Assembly (NCBI GenBank): GCA_963677925.2
Contig: CAXXYH010000004.1
Coordinates: 576,001-640,000, forward strand
Length of the DNA: 64,000 nucleotides
DNA from: Spirochaetia bacterium
GTDB lineage: Bacteria; Spirochaetota; Spirochaetia; UBA9216
Direction of reading: 5' to 3'
Made by a program: the position numbers and the translations under genes. The notes under the pieces were generated by a model. It saw nothing but the letters and a program-made list of their open reading frames with translations. It had not been told where the DNA came from and made no database searches. Positions 47,330 to 57,506 of the stretch are shown here, one piece after another. Within the stretch, counting starts at the first letter, position 1. Every line of letters starts with the position of its first letter.

Positions 47330-50300
47330 CTATTGCCTGTAAAGCGGATCAAGTCCGATTGTTCCTACAAGCCGCTCAAGATATTCCGGACTTCTTACTT
47401 CTTTCAGCTTGTCTTTACCTTGCTGAATCTTTGTCGGTATGCCCAGACGCATTGCTTCATCTTTATGGCGTTCTGATTTGAGGAACTCTTCCATATATGC
47501 AATTCCGTTCAGAACCTGCTGTTCTCTCTGTGCCCGGAAGGCTTCAAGCCTTGCTTTGTACCAGTCGCTTTCTATAACATAATCCCTTTCGAACAGATTT
47601 CTTACTTCAGGATCCTCAGCGGTCTTACCTTCCCAGCTTCCTTCCGCCATGATGTACAGTATTGCTTTCAGCGGTGGAATAGCTGCATTAACGCTTCCGT
47701 CTGCAATATATCCCTTTGCGACCTTCTGCTGAGCCTCAACAATATTATTGATTCCGTCTACAAAATCTTCCATGCTCTGAAGTTCAGGTTTAAGCATTTC
47801 CTCGTTGAATACAACTTCCGGGTTATCAAAAATTCGTCCCATATATATAGAAAGGAATTCCTTGTTCAGACGGTAGCCAAGTCTGCTGGCCAGGACTTTC
47901 TTTCCCTTGTATTCAAAGTCATCAACCTTGTCCAATAGCCCTTCGGCTATCAGATTTTTCGGATCCCTTTCTTCTTCCGACATTCTGCTCCAGAGTTCAG
48001 GAACCAGAAGACTTATGTCATGATCAACCTTGTAATCGGGGCCGATGTACCCGGCTGCTGATGTATAGCCGTTATAACCGGTCAGAATGAAAGACAGAAG
48101 TGCGTTGTTGAGATCGCTTGTAGCTGACAGGGCGTTAAACGGTGCCTTTGTAAGTGCCCCTTCAGATCCTGCTCCCGTAGTTGACGGAGATTTTCCTGTT
48201 AGGCTGCATACGAAGTCCATAAAAAGCTCGGGGAGCTGCTGATAATGAATCGGTGCATATACAGCGAGCGGTCTAATGCCGGCTTCGTGGTCTGCAGGAT
48301 TGTTTCTTCGTCCGGCAAGCACTGCATTCACCGGTGCAGCAAGCGGAGATCCTGCAGGAAGCTTACGGAAAAGTCTCATTCCTATCTCACCAAGATATTT
48401 TGTGATTCCATCCTCCAGATCCGGCCTGAGCTGCAGGTATCTCGGGTTCTTTGAAGGTGCGCCGTCAACTATTCTGGGATGTGAGGATGCGATAAAATAT
48501 TCATCATCGCCTCCGTTTTCTTTAAACTCTTTGATAACGTTCTGCATCGGTTCAGTGTAGGCGTAAAAACCTGCTGTTTTCTCATAAATATCGATAGCAT
48601 TCTGTTTCTGAAGCGGTTCAAAGTTACTGATGAAGTTTCCTCTTGATCCGAGGTCTTTTTCCGCCTGTTTATCCAGGCCTCTGTGAACAGCGTCATCAGG
48701 TCTCTGGAAGAATCGGTTCTCACAGTTTTCTACTATCTTTACACTCGGATGGGTATTAGCTTCTGAAAGTCCCTTAACCTGATTTTTTGATAATGTTATT
48801 GATGCAGAAATATCATCTTCCAGCTGGACTTTCTCGGCAGGCATATAATCCTGTCTCAGCTTGTTTGTTACCCAGCTGCCAGTTTTTGTTGTTCCAAGCT
48901 TGAGGTAGCTTCCGACCAGTTCTCTGTTGTGGTATTTAAGTATATGGCCGGGTTCATTATTAATAATATCAACTGAAAATTTATCCTTCCAGTTATCTCC
49001 CCACTCCGGTTCATAAAACCGCTTAACCAGGAAGACAAGCATTTTAACCTTCAGCGGGATTTTTTCCAGCCATTCGTTAAACTCGTCGGTGTTGTTTGTT
49101 GACGGTGAAAGCAGTTTAATAACTGAACCCAGTGAACGCTCATCGCTTAAAAGCGGACGGGTTGTGTGGCCCGGTTTCAGGGTTTTCCGGTATTCAGGCT
49201 TGAACCTTTTTCCGTAATTGTAGGAAATAATTTCCTCTGCTCTGGCCATATCCTCTTCAAAATCACCTATAAAAACCGAACTGAATCTCATGGCATCACG
49301 AATGGATTTTGATATCTCGGATTTTCCTCCGCCTGAAACGGTGCTTGGTTTATGACAGAATGTTCCTTCAGCAACTGTTCCAACAAGCATCCATGCCGGC
49401 GATGCCAGGTGTTTTCTCATCTGGATCTTGTATCCTGAAGGATGCAGGTAGTAGTTTTCCGGAAGAACCTTAATTGATATCTTTTCTCCGTCTTTTTCCC
49501 ATACAGCCTGCTGTGTTTCAAGATCTATGGCAGCGGTCTCGGGGATATAGATAATATTTCTAAAATTTTTATCATAACCGAAACCCTTCCGGTGCATGAT
49601 TAAATCATCGCCGAGTACATGTTCAAAGTTTGTGAAGGTATGTCCCTTTTTCTGATGCAGAAAGGACATGTTGCTGTCCGGTATGAACCTTGTTCCAAGA
49701 TTGAAACTGGGAAATGCAAGTGCTCCTCCGGCGTGTTCCTCTTCAACCACCCCGAAAAGGTTTGCTGAATAACCTATCTGGGTCTTTACTTCCTTTTTAC
49801 AGTATCCGAAGTAGTTGTCAGCTATAAGAGTAACAATAACGCCGCTTTCATCTCTTGCTGTAAGTTTGAACGGACTTCCGTCATTGTAGAGTTCATTTTT
49901 GGAAGTCCAGTACATTCCGTCTTTTTTCTGGCGTTCTGTAGCATATTTTTCATTAGGCAGGCCCATTTCGGCCTTTGTAACAGTTGTCAGATGCGGTGCA
50001 AGTATTATACATCCGGTGTGCCCGGTCCAGTGTTCGGGATCAAGGGCAGCATCATGCTCGGGAAGATAGGGGTCTCCGGCATTTCCGAAAATCGATTCGA
50101 CAAAGTCAAGGTTGCAGACCATATTGCCCGGTGCGAAGAATCTTATCTCAATTGATCTTCTTTCTGAAAAACCGGGAACCTCGGGGACAACTACAGGTCT
50201 GAGGAGAAGTGATGCAATTACATCAGCCTTATCTTCCTGTGAATCCGTAAAAGGAAGTTTTGTAAGAATTGAAGGAGGATTAAGTGCTTCTTTTAAAAGC

Positions 50301-50809
50301 AGAGCAAATGTCTGTTTAGGGACTGCTTTCTTGTCAAAGGGAATAGGAAGGCCGCCCTCGGCTATATGGAATACACCCTTGGTTGTCCGTCTGTCGTTCT
50401 TCGGGTTATGCAGTACTCCCTGTTTTACCCTGTAGGAACTGATAATATCGGTTATGAACTCGTTTTTATCAGGCGGAATCGAAAGTTCACGGGCAAGCCC
50501 GTATCTGTCCAGAATCAGGGTGTCTGTAGGCAGCTCGGGCAGTTCGTCGGTGTCAACGTCTGCAAGATACCTGTTCAGAAAGTCCTGTATACGTTTATCA
50601 ACCGGACAATGGTAGGTAGATAACAGACGGTTCTTTTCCTTATAGTTTTCGATAAGGTCGTGAGCAATTTCAATGTCCATATTCTCTGTGCTGCTGCTGT
50701 GAGGAAGGCCCATTGAAGCCAGTTTAAGATTTATATATCTCAGTGTTCTTGCACGCTCTTCGGGGTTTTCTAAATCCTTTCCTAAACCCAGTTTTCTGCT
50801 TGTGTCCAT
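47330..50809 (-). CDS. Pyrophosphate-dependent phosphoenolpyruvate carboxykinase (PPi-PEPCK)
   Basis: 1159 aa; HNPKNDRRTTKGVFH, ADNYFGYCKKEVKTQI, EEEHAGGA, HKPSTVSGGGKSEISK, KSPSTTGAGSEGALTK. Confidence 0.88.
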   Translation of the reverse strand: MDTSRKLGLGKDLENPEERARTLRYINLKLASMGLPHSSSTENMDIEIAHDLIENYKEKNRLLSTYHCPVDKRIQDFLNRYLADVDTDELPELPTDTLILDRYGLARELSIPPDKNEFITDIISSYRVKQGVLHNPKNDRRTTKGVFHIAEGGLPIPFDKKAVPKQTFALLLKEALNPPSILTKLPFTDSQEDKADVIASLLLRPVVVPEVPGFSERRSIEIRFFAPGNMVCNLDFVESIFGNAGDPYLPEHDAALDPEHWTGHTGCIILAPHLTTVTKAEMGLPNEKYATERQKKDGMYWTSKNELYNDGSPFKLTARDESGVIVTLIADNYFGYCKKEVKTQIGYSANLFGVVEEEHAGGALAFPSFNLGTRFIPDSNMSFLHQKKGHTFTNFEHVLGDDLIMHRKGFGYDKNFRNIIYIPETAAIDLETQQAVWEKDGEKISIKVLPENYYLHPSGYKIQMRKHLASPAWMLVGTVAEGTFCHKPSTVSGGGKSEISKSIRDAMRFSSVFIGDFEEDMARAEEIISYNYGKRFKPEYRKTLKPGHTTRPLLSDERSLGSVIKLLSPSTNNTDEFNEWLEKIPLKVKMLVFLVKRFYEPEWGDNWKDKFSVDIINNEPGHILKYHNRELVGSYLKLGTTKTGSWVTNKLRQDYMPAEKVQLEDDISASITLSKNQVKGLSEANTHPSVKIVENCENRFFQRPDDAVHRGLDKQAEKDLGSRGNFISNFEPLQKQNAIDIYEKTAGFYAYTEPMQNVIKEFKENGGDDEYFIASSHPRIVDGAPSKNPRYLQLRPDLEDGITKYLGEIGMRLFRKLPAGSPLAAPVNAVLAGRRNNPADHEAGIRPLAVYAPIHYQQLPELFMDFVCSLTGKSPSTTGAGSEGALTKAPFNALSATSDLNNALLSFILTGYNGYTSAAGYIGPDYKVDHDISLLVPELWSRMSEEERDPKNLIAEGLLDKVDDFEYKGKKVLASRLGYRLNKEFLSIYMGRIFDNPEVVFNEEMLKPELQSMEDFVDGINNIVEAQQKVAKGYIADGSVNAAIPPLKAILYIMAEGSWEGKTAEDPEVRNLFERDYVIESDWYKARLEAFRAQREQQVLNGIAYMEEFLKSERHKDEAMRLGIPTKIQQGKDKLKEVRSPEYLERLVGTIGLDPLYRQ

Positions 50810-50848
50810 AATTCCTTATTCCTCGGTTCTTTAATCAGATTAATTCCG

Positions 50849-50893
50849 AGTATACTGGTCGTAAAACGAAGGGTCAAGATGCACAATTGTGCA
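50849..50893 (-). promoter_or_regulatory. PEPCK promoter with adjacent 14-bp palindrome
   Basis: TTGACC-17-TATACT on the minus strand; TGCACAATTGTGCA (50880-50893) just upstream of the -35. Confidence 0.6.
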
Positions 50894-51002
50894 AATTGTT
50901 AAATATCAATAAAAGTTATGAACTAAAGATGATCTTAGCATATTATTGAAAAGACCTGACAATCCGGATAGAATCTTTTAAGCATATAGCAAAGGATTCA
51001 CC

Positions 51003-51791
51003 ATGCATAAATTTGATCAGGAACTGAATTTTACTGAAGCAGGAGACCACCTTCTCCAGGCTGATATCTCTGATAACTGGACACACAGGGGAAATCTTAA
51101 CGGCGGCCTGCTTTTAGGTCTTGTCGGAAAGGCTGCTTCTTTCTACAGCGATAAGAGCGGAAGCATGCAGATAACTGCGAACTATCTGGACCGTACACTG
51201 CCCGGAAAGGTCGAAATTCTGGTGGAAGAGCTCTCAGCATCCCGAAATTTTGACCGATTTGAGGTCTGTCTGGTCCAGGATGGCAAAAAAGTGCTTAGAA
51301 CCTTCTGCACTCTTTCTCAGAAAACAGGAGAAACTGAGGATCTTTCCGGATCTGCCGATTATAAACCTTCTGCTCTTGAGACCGACTGCATAGAAATGAC
51401 CAGGCCCGGTGTCACAATTATGTATGAAAATATGAGTGTGAAAGTAGACCCGGCTACATCAGGATGGATGAAAGATGAGCTGACAAAACCGGGTGCAGTA
51501 AACGGATGGATACGCTTCAGAGAACCCCGTATGTTTGATTTATATTCGGTTCCTCTGGCAGTAGACTGCTTCCCTCCGTCAATTTTTTCAGCACTTGGAG
51601 CCTCAGCCTGGGTGCCTACGCTTGAACTTTCCGCTTTTATTACCAGATCTCCCGATGTTGATGCACTTTGGTCCAGTTTTCGAACAAATTTCTATACAGA
51701 CGGTATTATCGTGGAAGATGGTATTGTTACAGATCCGGACGGAAAGATTGTTGCAGTTTCACGGCAGACTGCTGTGTACAGGAAGGCCTGA
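51003..51791 (+). CDS. Thioesterase-family protein (double hot-dog, TesB-like)
   Basis: LNGGLLLG, VDCFPP, WVPTLEL and DGKIVAVSRQ motifs. Confidence 0.85.
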   Translation: MHKFDQELNFTEAGDHLLQADISDNWTHRGNLNGGLLLGLVGKAASFYSDKSGSMQITANYLDRTLPGKVEILVEELSASRNFDRFEVCLVQDGKKVLRTFCTLSQKTGETEDLSGSADYKPSALETDCIEMTRPGVTIMYENMSVKVDPATSGWMKDELTKPGAVNGWIRFREPRMFDLYSVPLAVDCFPPSIFSALGASAWVPTLELSAFITRSPDVDALWSSFRTNFYTDGIIVEDGIVTDPDGKIVAVSRQTAVYRKA

Positions 51792-51834
51792 TACATCAAT
51801 TATTTAACATTAAAATAGTTTGTGCTTTACAGTG

Positions 51835-51875
51835 AAACCCTTTAAACTTGTTGTAATAAGTTTAAAGGGTTTTTT
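51835..51875 (+). terminator. Long hairpin plus T-tract after the thioesterase gene
   Basis: 15-bp perfect stem AAACCCTTTAAACTT/AAGTTTAAAGGGTTT, ending immediately before the SDR ATG. Confidence 0.7.
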
Positions 51876-52820
51876 ATGGCATTACTTCGCTATTTGATTC
51901 AATATCGTATTAAGGATATGGCTGATCTTATCGGAAATGATAAGAAGGAGCCGGAGAGCTGCGATGATTCTCTTATAGGCAAAACGGTTGTAATATCCGG
52001 AACAACAGCAGGTATAGGTTTGGAAACTGCAAGATTGTTCGCAGAAAAGGGAGCTTCTCTGATCTGCCTTAATCGAAACCCGGAAAAATCTGCAAAGCTG
52101 GAAAAAGAGCTGCGGGAAAAATATAACTGTAATATTCAGACCGTAATTGTCGATTACAGTTCAATAGAACAGGTGAAAGCCTGCGCGGATAAGCTTATCC
52201 AACTCAAGCAGCCGATTGATGTGATTATTCATAATGCCGGTGTTTATCACACTAAAATGACCCTGTCTCCTGATAATATCGAGATGGTTTTTCAGTGCAA
52301 TCATCTTGCCTCATTTATGATTAACTATCTGCTTCGTAAAAAACTTAAAAAAGAAAACCGGGCCAGAATTATATATGTAAATTCGGAGGGCCATCGCTTT
52401 GCTTTGGCAGGTGTACATCTTTCCGATCTAAAGTGGCGGCGGCATTTGTATACCGGTCTTAAAAGCTACGGGTCAGCTAAAACTGCCCAGCTGCTGACCA
52501 TGCAGAAGTTCAGTGAATACTTTTCAGATACAGATGTTACAGTAAACGCAATGCATCCGGGGAATGTCCGTTCGGACATGGGTAATAACAACGGCAGACT
52601 CTACAGGTTTTTCAAGCAGAAGCTGGTTTTAAGCTCAGCAAAAGATCCGGAAATTTCTGCAAGATCCCTGTACTGGCTGGCCGCTTCTGAAAAAATGAAG
52701 GGAGTAAGCGGGAAGTTTTTCAACCTGACTACCGAAGAGCGTCCTGCCCCCCATGCAAGAGATTTGAAGCAGGTGGAGCCTGTCTGGGTAAAAAGCCTCG
52801 AACTCTGCCGATTAGAGTAA
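51876..52820 (+). CDS. Short-chain dehydrogenase/reductase (retinol-DH-like)
   Basis: SGTTAGIG, HNAG, YGSAK (YxxxK), MHPG. Confidence 0.9.
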   Translation: MALLRYLIQYRIKDMADLIGNDKKEPESCDDSLIGKTVVISGTTAGIGLETARLFAEKGASLICLNRNPEKSAKLEKELREKYNCNIQTVIVDYSSIEQVKACADKLIQLKQPIDVIIHNAGVYHTKMTLSPDNIEMVFQCNHLASFMINYLLRKKLKKENRARIIYVNSEGHRFALAGVHLSDLKWRRHLYTGLKSYGSAKTAQLLTMQKFSEYFSDTDVTVNAMHPGNVRSDMGNNNGRLYRFFKQKLVLSSAKDPEISARSLYWLAASEKMKGVSGKFFNLTTEERPAPHARDLKQVEPVWVKSLELCRLE

Positions 52821-53825
52821 GAGTTTAAGCAGCAGAAAAAGAATTATTCCGAAGTTGATTATTGATGAAATCATCATACTTCTTAAGATGGGTTTTTTAA
52901 TGTCATCGCCCTTCATGGTCTTAAAATCTGTTTTGCTCATGAATGTGCTTATCTGGGTCAACAGCCCGCTTTCATCATTCAAGCTGTTTTTCTCAAGATC
53001 CTGTTTAATTATAAAATGCTGGCTGTAGGGAAAAACTGCCGCGCTTTCAGGACTGCTGCAGTCAATCAGGTCGCACAGATATGTGTTTTTCAGGAACTCA
53101 ATTTTATCAACAGGTACTTCAAGTGCTTCTGTCATCAGAGCCGGATCGAATATCAGGCTGAAATTTTCCGATGTTTCATCCATCAGAAGTCCCCCGTAAT
53201 CGACTGAGAGGTTTCCCTCCACCCAGAGAGCCTTATCAAGCTGTTTCATCTTTCCGCTGTTCAGATCAATATTTGCAGCAAACTCGGAGTTTCGTTTTTC
53301 ATTTTTAAAATCAATAAGAAGTTCACCATATGGGGTCGTTGTAAATACTGTAGGTTCGCTTGTGTATCCGCAGAAACCGTTTTTGGGATCATGACTGTTC
53401 GTGTTGGTTTCATAATCAGAGATGATCCAGGAGACAAGTCCGGTTTCTTTGTTTCGCGCTATGAGGTAGAATTCAAGCCTTGTCCCGATAAAGGCCGAGG
53501 TTCGGGCTGTAAAAGCGCTTAAAATTACCATGGGGTATTTTTCTTCTCCCTCAAAGACGGAGGCTTCTGCTATTTCATAACCTTCAGGCAGCATGGCCTG
53601 TGCCGCCGCAATATCTTTTATTCTGTAGGCAAGGAAGAAGCAGTAGGGATCTACAATAAACCCCATATAGGGAATCCTGCTGCTTCCTTTTTTCATTATA
53701 CTGTCCTGGGTTTTCTTGGGAAGGATCCGGTTGAAGTCTCCCAGAAAGCTTATTGCGGTCACATCTTTCGGTTTCACAAGTGATTCTGTCTTGATTATAA
53801 AATCTCTGTTTTCTGTTTTATTCAT
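52812..53825 (-). CDS. Hypothetical protein, possibly acetoacetate-decarboxylase-like fold, C-terminal TM anchor
   Basis: AQAMLPEGY, RLEFYLIA; paralogous to the upstream gene. Confidence 0.6.
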   Translation of the reverse strand: MNKTENRDFIIKTESLVKPKDVTAISFLGDFNRILPKKTQDSIMKKGSSRIPYMGFIVDPYCFFLAYRIKDIAAAQAMLPEGYEIAEASVFEGEEKYPMVILSAFTARTSAFIGTRLEFYLIARNKETGLVSWIISDYETNTNSHDPKNGFCGYTSEPTVFTTTPYGELLIDFKNEKRNSEFAANIDLNSGKMKQLDKALWVEGNLSVDYGGLLMDETSENFSLIFDPALMTEALEVPVDKIEFLKNTYLCDLIDCSSPESAAVFPYSQHFIIKQDLEKNSLNDESGLLTQISTFMSKTDFKTMKGDDIKKPILRSMMISSIINFGIILFLLLKLLL

Positions 53826-53837
53826 TCTTTGAAGTCC

Positions 53838-54842
53838 TCATGCTTTTATCATAAGTAATATAGAAAGAATTATTGAGATAATCGGAAATATCAGTATCCC
53901 GAAAAAGAAGAGCCGTTTAATTCCCTTTGTTGAGAATGTTTTTATCCCCTTCGTCTCAGCAAGGCTGTTGTAGTTTTTTATCAGATCTTCAGTTGATTTA
54001 ATATAAGTCCGGCAGCCCGGTGCGTCTGCAATATAATGCTGGGTAAAGGGAAAGCAGGCAACCTTGGCCAGTGTCTGTTCTGCAAAATCGGGAACCAGTG
54101 TGTTTTTTGAAATGCTTATATCTTCCGGCGGTATATCCATAGCTCTGCCTACTTCGGAGGGGTCAAAGATAACCGCAAAGGGGTCGTCTCCGTAATCGGA
54201 CAGATCTTTTATATGGCCTATTGATGTGTTTCCGTTAACCCAGAGGGGCTGGTCAGGTCTGCGTATGATCCCGTTATTGAGATTTCCTTTCAGGGCGAGA
54301 TGCCGATCTGAATTATCATCCTTTATATCGAGATAGACATCACCCTTTGAGCTTGTTGTGAACAGGGCTGTCCTGCTGTTGGGGTCGATTACTCCTTCAG
54401 ACGGCACAGCAATTATTGTATTGCTTAATATGTCAAAAAATATCCATGAAATAAGGCCTGTCTCCGTGTCTTCCGCAATCAGGTAAGACTCGAGTCTTAT
54501 TCCCCAGAAGGTGCTGCCTCTTGTGTTTAAGTTCCCGATACCGAAATAGTAATCAGGCTCGTCATCCTCAAATACCCTGGCTTTTACCAGTTTAAACCTG
54601 TCAGGCAGCATTGACTGCGCCTTTTTGATGTCTTTCAGTTTGAAAAAAAGAAAAAGACTGTAAGGCTCGATGACGAAACCCATGTAGGGTGTTTTTTTTG
54701 ATGTTTTTATGAGCATCTTTTTAAAAAGAGAATTGGGCAGGAATTTCCGGAATCCCTGGAAGAAAAACAGGTTGCAGACCTCTGCCGGATCGATAAGGTC
54801 TTCAACGTTTTTGATGAAACTGTCTTCGTTTTTTATATGCAT
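53838..54842 (-). CDS. Hypothetical protein, possibly acetoacetate-decarboxylase-like fold, C-terminal TM anchor
   Basis: AQSMLPDRF, RLESYLIA; paralogous to the downstream gene. Confidence 0.6.
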   Translation of the reverse strand: MHIKNEDSFIKNVEDLIDPAEVCNLFFFQGFRKFLPNSLFKKMLIKTSKKTPYMGFVIEPYSLFLFFKLKDIKKAQSMLPDRFKLVKARVFEDDEPDYYFGIGNLNTRGSTFWGIRLESYLIAEDTETGLISWIFFDILSNTIIAVPSEGVIDPNSRTALFTTSSKGDVYLDIKDDNSDRHLALKGNLNNGIIRRPDQPLWVNGNTSIGHIKDLSDYGDDPFAVIFDPSEVGRAMDIPPEDISISKNTLVPDFAEQTLAKVACFPFTQHYIADAPGCRTYIKSTEDLIKNYNSLAETKGIKTFSTKGIKRLFFFGILIFPIISIILSILLMIKA

Positions 54843-54908
54843 ATATAAAGCCCCCTATATAATTTAAAACAGCAGGAGCAAAATTGCCAACTAAAAATTT
54901 CCGGTTAT

Positions 54909-55346
54909 TTATAACAGAAGTGAGATAATTAAGGCAGTAACAAAACCGGCAAGAAACAATGATATAAGAATCAGCAGGATTCCTGAGTAGCCTTTTGGAG
55001 AAATCTGATCATTTCTGTCCATTTTCCTGATTGCAGGATAGAGCCTCCAGTAGAAAGAAGCAATTGACGGGATAAGAACTATAACGGCGAGAAGTTTCAG
55101 TGTTTCATCACCCTTAAACAGAATTACAATAAGAAGTGCAATGAATATCAGCTTGGTTCCTGCTACCCAGTTAATGAGATACTTTATTAATTCGTGAATT
55201 TCCGTATCTGCTTTCGATTTTTCAAATGCATTGAATACACCGATCCCGTTTCCCTTTTTCGCGCCGGGAAAGAAATAAAGGATGATTATATTGGTAGATT
55301 CGAGAATGATAAAAACCAGTAAGGCTATTGATAAGGCGCTCATCAT
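54909..55346 (-). CDS. Hypothetical 4-TM membrane protein
   Basis: 145 aa with four hydrophobic segments, WVAGTKLIF. Confidence 0.7.
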   Translation of the reverse strand: MMSALSIALLVFIILESTNIIILYFFPGAKKGNGIGVFNAFEKSKADTEIHELIKYLINWVAGTKLIFIALLIVILFKGDETLKLLAVIVLIPSIASFYWRLYPAIRKMDRNDQISPKGYSGILLILISLFLAGFVTALIISLLL

Positions 55347-55391
55347 TTACCAATGATAATGCAAATAAACGTTTTTTGCCAGATTGCAGAT

Positions 55392-55427
55392 AAAAATGGT
55401 CCGGCTTTTTAACGGCCGGACCATTTT
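55392..55427 (-). terminator. Rho-independent terminator
   Basis: 13-bp stem AAAATGGTCCGGC/GCCGGACCATTTT after the flavocytochrome gene. Confidence 0.8.
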
Positions 55428-55451
55428 CACATCGGGGTAAGCCGGATGTAA

Positions 55452-57407
55452 TTAAAGCTCGGAAGATGCGCTGTTTCCTGCTATTCTTCCAAAAGTCATT
55501 ATATCTGAGATTGCATTACCGCCAAGTCTGTTACCTGCATGAATACCGCCTGTAACCTCACCGGCAGCGTAGAATCCGGGAATCGGAGTTCCGTCTGCAT
55601 CAAGTACTCTTGCGCTTGTATCGATTCTGAGTCCGCCCATTGTGTGGTGAACAGAGGGTGAACGGGGAGTTGCATAGAACGGTCCGTTTACAAGCTTCGG
55701 TCCGAAGTTTCTCTTTCCGAAATCTGGATCAGATCCCTGTTCGATAAATGAGTTGTATTTTGCAATTTCAGTTTCGAGAGCGCCTGCAGGCATTCCAAGC
55801 TGTTCTTCAAGGCCCGCAAGTGTGTCGGCCTTGTAAACTTTCTGAGTGGCTATGAGAGTATCAATATCATCACCCCAGAAGTTCTTTCCGCCGGGCTGCG
55901 GGTTTCCTGCAGTAACCTGATCACAGATTATGTAGAAAAGTGCATCCTGCTGTGAAAGTGCTCCTGAAGCAAGAACGTCTCTTTCAGCGTATTCGTTTAC
56001 AAAGCGTTTTCCGGATTTGTTGACGAAAACCTGTGTTTCTGCACTTCCCCAGAGGCCGCCTGAAAGGGCTCCATTCTCGGGGTCAGAGCTGGGCATCAGC
56101 TGTACAAAACCCATACCGACGAGATCAGCTCCTGCTTCTGTTCCCATTACTATTCCGTCACCCATAGCATCTGCTGTATTGGTTGTCTTCATTGTTTTGG
56201 GTATATCCGGCCAGTATGTGTTGAATTTTGCAATCATCTCAGGGTTTGCACCATAACCGCCGGTTGTCATGATAACTCCCTTTTCTGCAGTAAGGGTTAC
56301 CGGAGTTCCGTCAGTCATTTTTGCGATAACGCCTACAATACGGCCGTTTTCATCTTTTACGAGTTCACCGGCCTTTGTTTCAAGCATTATATCAACACCG
56401 TTTTCTGCAGCAACTCTTGAAAGAGTGTTGATAAATCCGGCACCGACATGCTCAACGGTTGTATGACTTCTCGGCCAGAGTGCACCGAGGATTGTCGCAA
56501 CCTCATCGCTGAATTTAAGGCCAATGCTTTCGAGCCAGTGAAGAGTCGGCAATGTGTTTGATGTGAAAGTTTTTACAAGATCAACATTTCCGGTGATTTC
56601 CTTTCCATCAAGAGATGTTCTCTTTCCGCCAATATATGTCTGCATCATATGAAGTTCAGGGGAATCAAAGAGTGTTCCGTCATTTGATTTCTTGTATTCA
56701 CGAATCTGGTCCTTAAGGACAGCAAGAGTAGGAGCAAAATCGCCGGCTTCAGCGGGTGTCATTGCAAGGAAACTTTCAAGATCTTCCATAAGCGGTTTTG
56801 TCATCTTGATAGCTTTCTGTCTCTGAGGATCATATGAATTGTATCCGCCGCCTGATCTGATAGTATTTCCGCCGAGGGCAGCTGCTTTTTCAATTAAAAT
56901 TACGCTTGAACCGTTTCCTGACGCAGAGACTGCAGCTGCAAGACCGGCTCCGCCTCCGCCGATTATGATAACATCAGCAGTTTTTTTAATTTCTTCTCCT
57001 GCAACAACAGCAATCTTCTTGTTCTTGAGCATGAGAATATCACCGCCGGCCTGGGCCACACAGTCTTCCACAGCTGTGAGAAATGCACGGCTTGAATTAG
57101 TAGCTCCGGTTATTGCATCAACTGCAAGAGTCTGGCCTTCGATTATTTCTTCAGTCAGTTTCTCCATGGCAACGCCGCCGATACCGGGAGTTTCCGAGTT
57201 GGATCCAACAATAATCTTTTTGATTTTGGTCTTACTGAAAGTTACTTCAACAGGAACATCTCCGTAATTTCCCGGTGCAGCAGCGCTGTAGGTTCCAGGA
57301 TTAAATTGTGCTGTTGAGCCATTTTCATCACTTACACATCCGCTTATCAGCATAACTGCAATTACAGCGAATGCGGTGATTGAAGCAAGTAAAGTTCCTT
57401 TCTTCAT
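55452..57407 (-). CDS. urdA: Flavinylated flavocytochrome-c-family lipoprotein reductase, urocanate-reductase-like
   Basis: Lipobox ISGC; FMN_bind VDAITGAT; GGGGAG; QLMP where fumarate reductases have QxHP; HHTMGG, HAGNRLGGN. Confidence 0.72.
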   Translation of the reverse strand: MKKGTLLASITAFAVIAVMLISGCVSDENGSTAQFNPGTYSAAAPGNYGDVPVEVTFSKTKIKKIIVGSNSETPGIGGVAMEKLTEEIIEGQTLAVDAITGATNSSRAFLTAVEDCVAQAGGDILMLKNKKIAVVAGEEIKKTADVIIIGGGGAGLAAAVSASGNGSSVILIEKAAALGGNTIRSGGGYNSYDPQRQKAIKMTKPLMEDLESFLAMTPAEAGDFAPTLAVLKDQIREYKKSNDGTLFDSPELHMMQTYIGGKRTSLDGKEITGNVDLVKTFTSNTLPTLHWLESIGLKFSDEVATILGALWPRSHTTVEHVGAGFINTLSRVAAENGVDIMLETKAGELVKDENGRIVGVIAKMTDGTPVTLTAEKGVIMTTGGYGANPEMIAKFNTYWPDIPKTMKTTNTADAMGDGIVMGTEAGADLVGMGFVQLMPSSDPENGALSGGLWGSAETQVFVNKSGKRFVNEYAERDVLASGALSQQDALFYIICDQVTAGNPQPGGKNFWGDDIDTLIATQKVYKADTLAGLEEQLGMPAGALETEIAKYNSFIEQGSDPDFGKRNFGPKLVNGPFYATPRSPSVHHTMGGLRIDTSARVLDADGTPIPGFYAAGEVTGGIHAGNRLGGNAISDIMTFGRIAGNSASSEL

Positions 57408-57506
57408 TTTTTCTCCTTTTCTTAACCCATAAAGGACGATAGGGTTAAAAATTTATTGATAAATATTTAACTGAAAATATCAATAATTTTTATCTGTTGC
57501 AATAGG

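Noticed and set aside
57456-57473. Rex-like box TTGATAA-ATAT-TTAACTG
   Set aside because: Several mismatches in very AT-rich DNA; not distinguishable from chance without a genome-wide model
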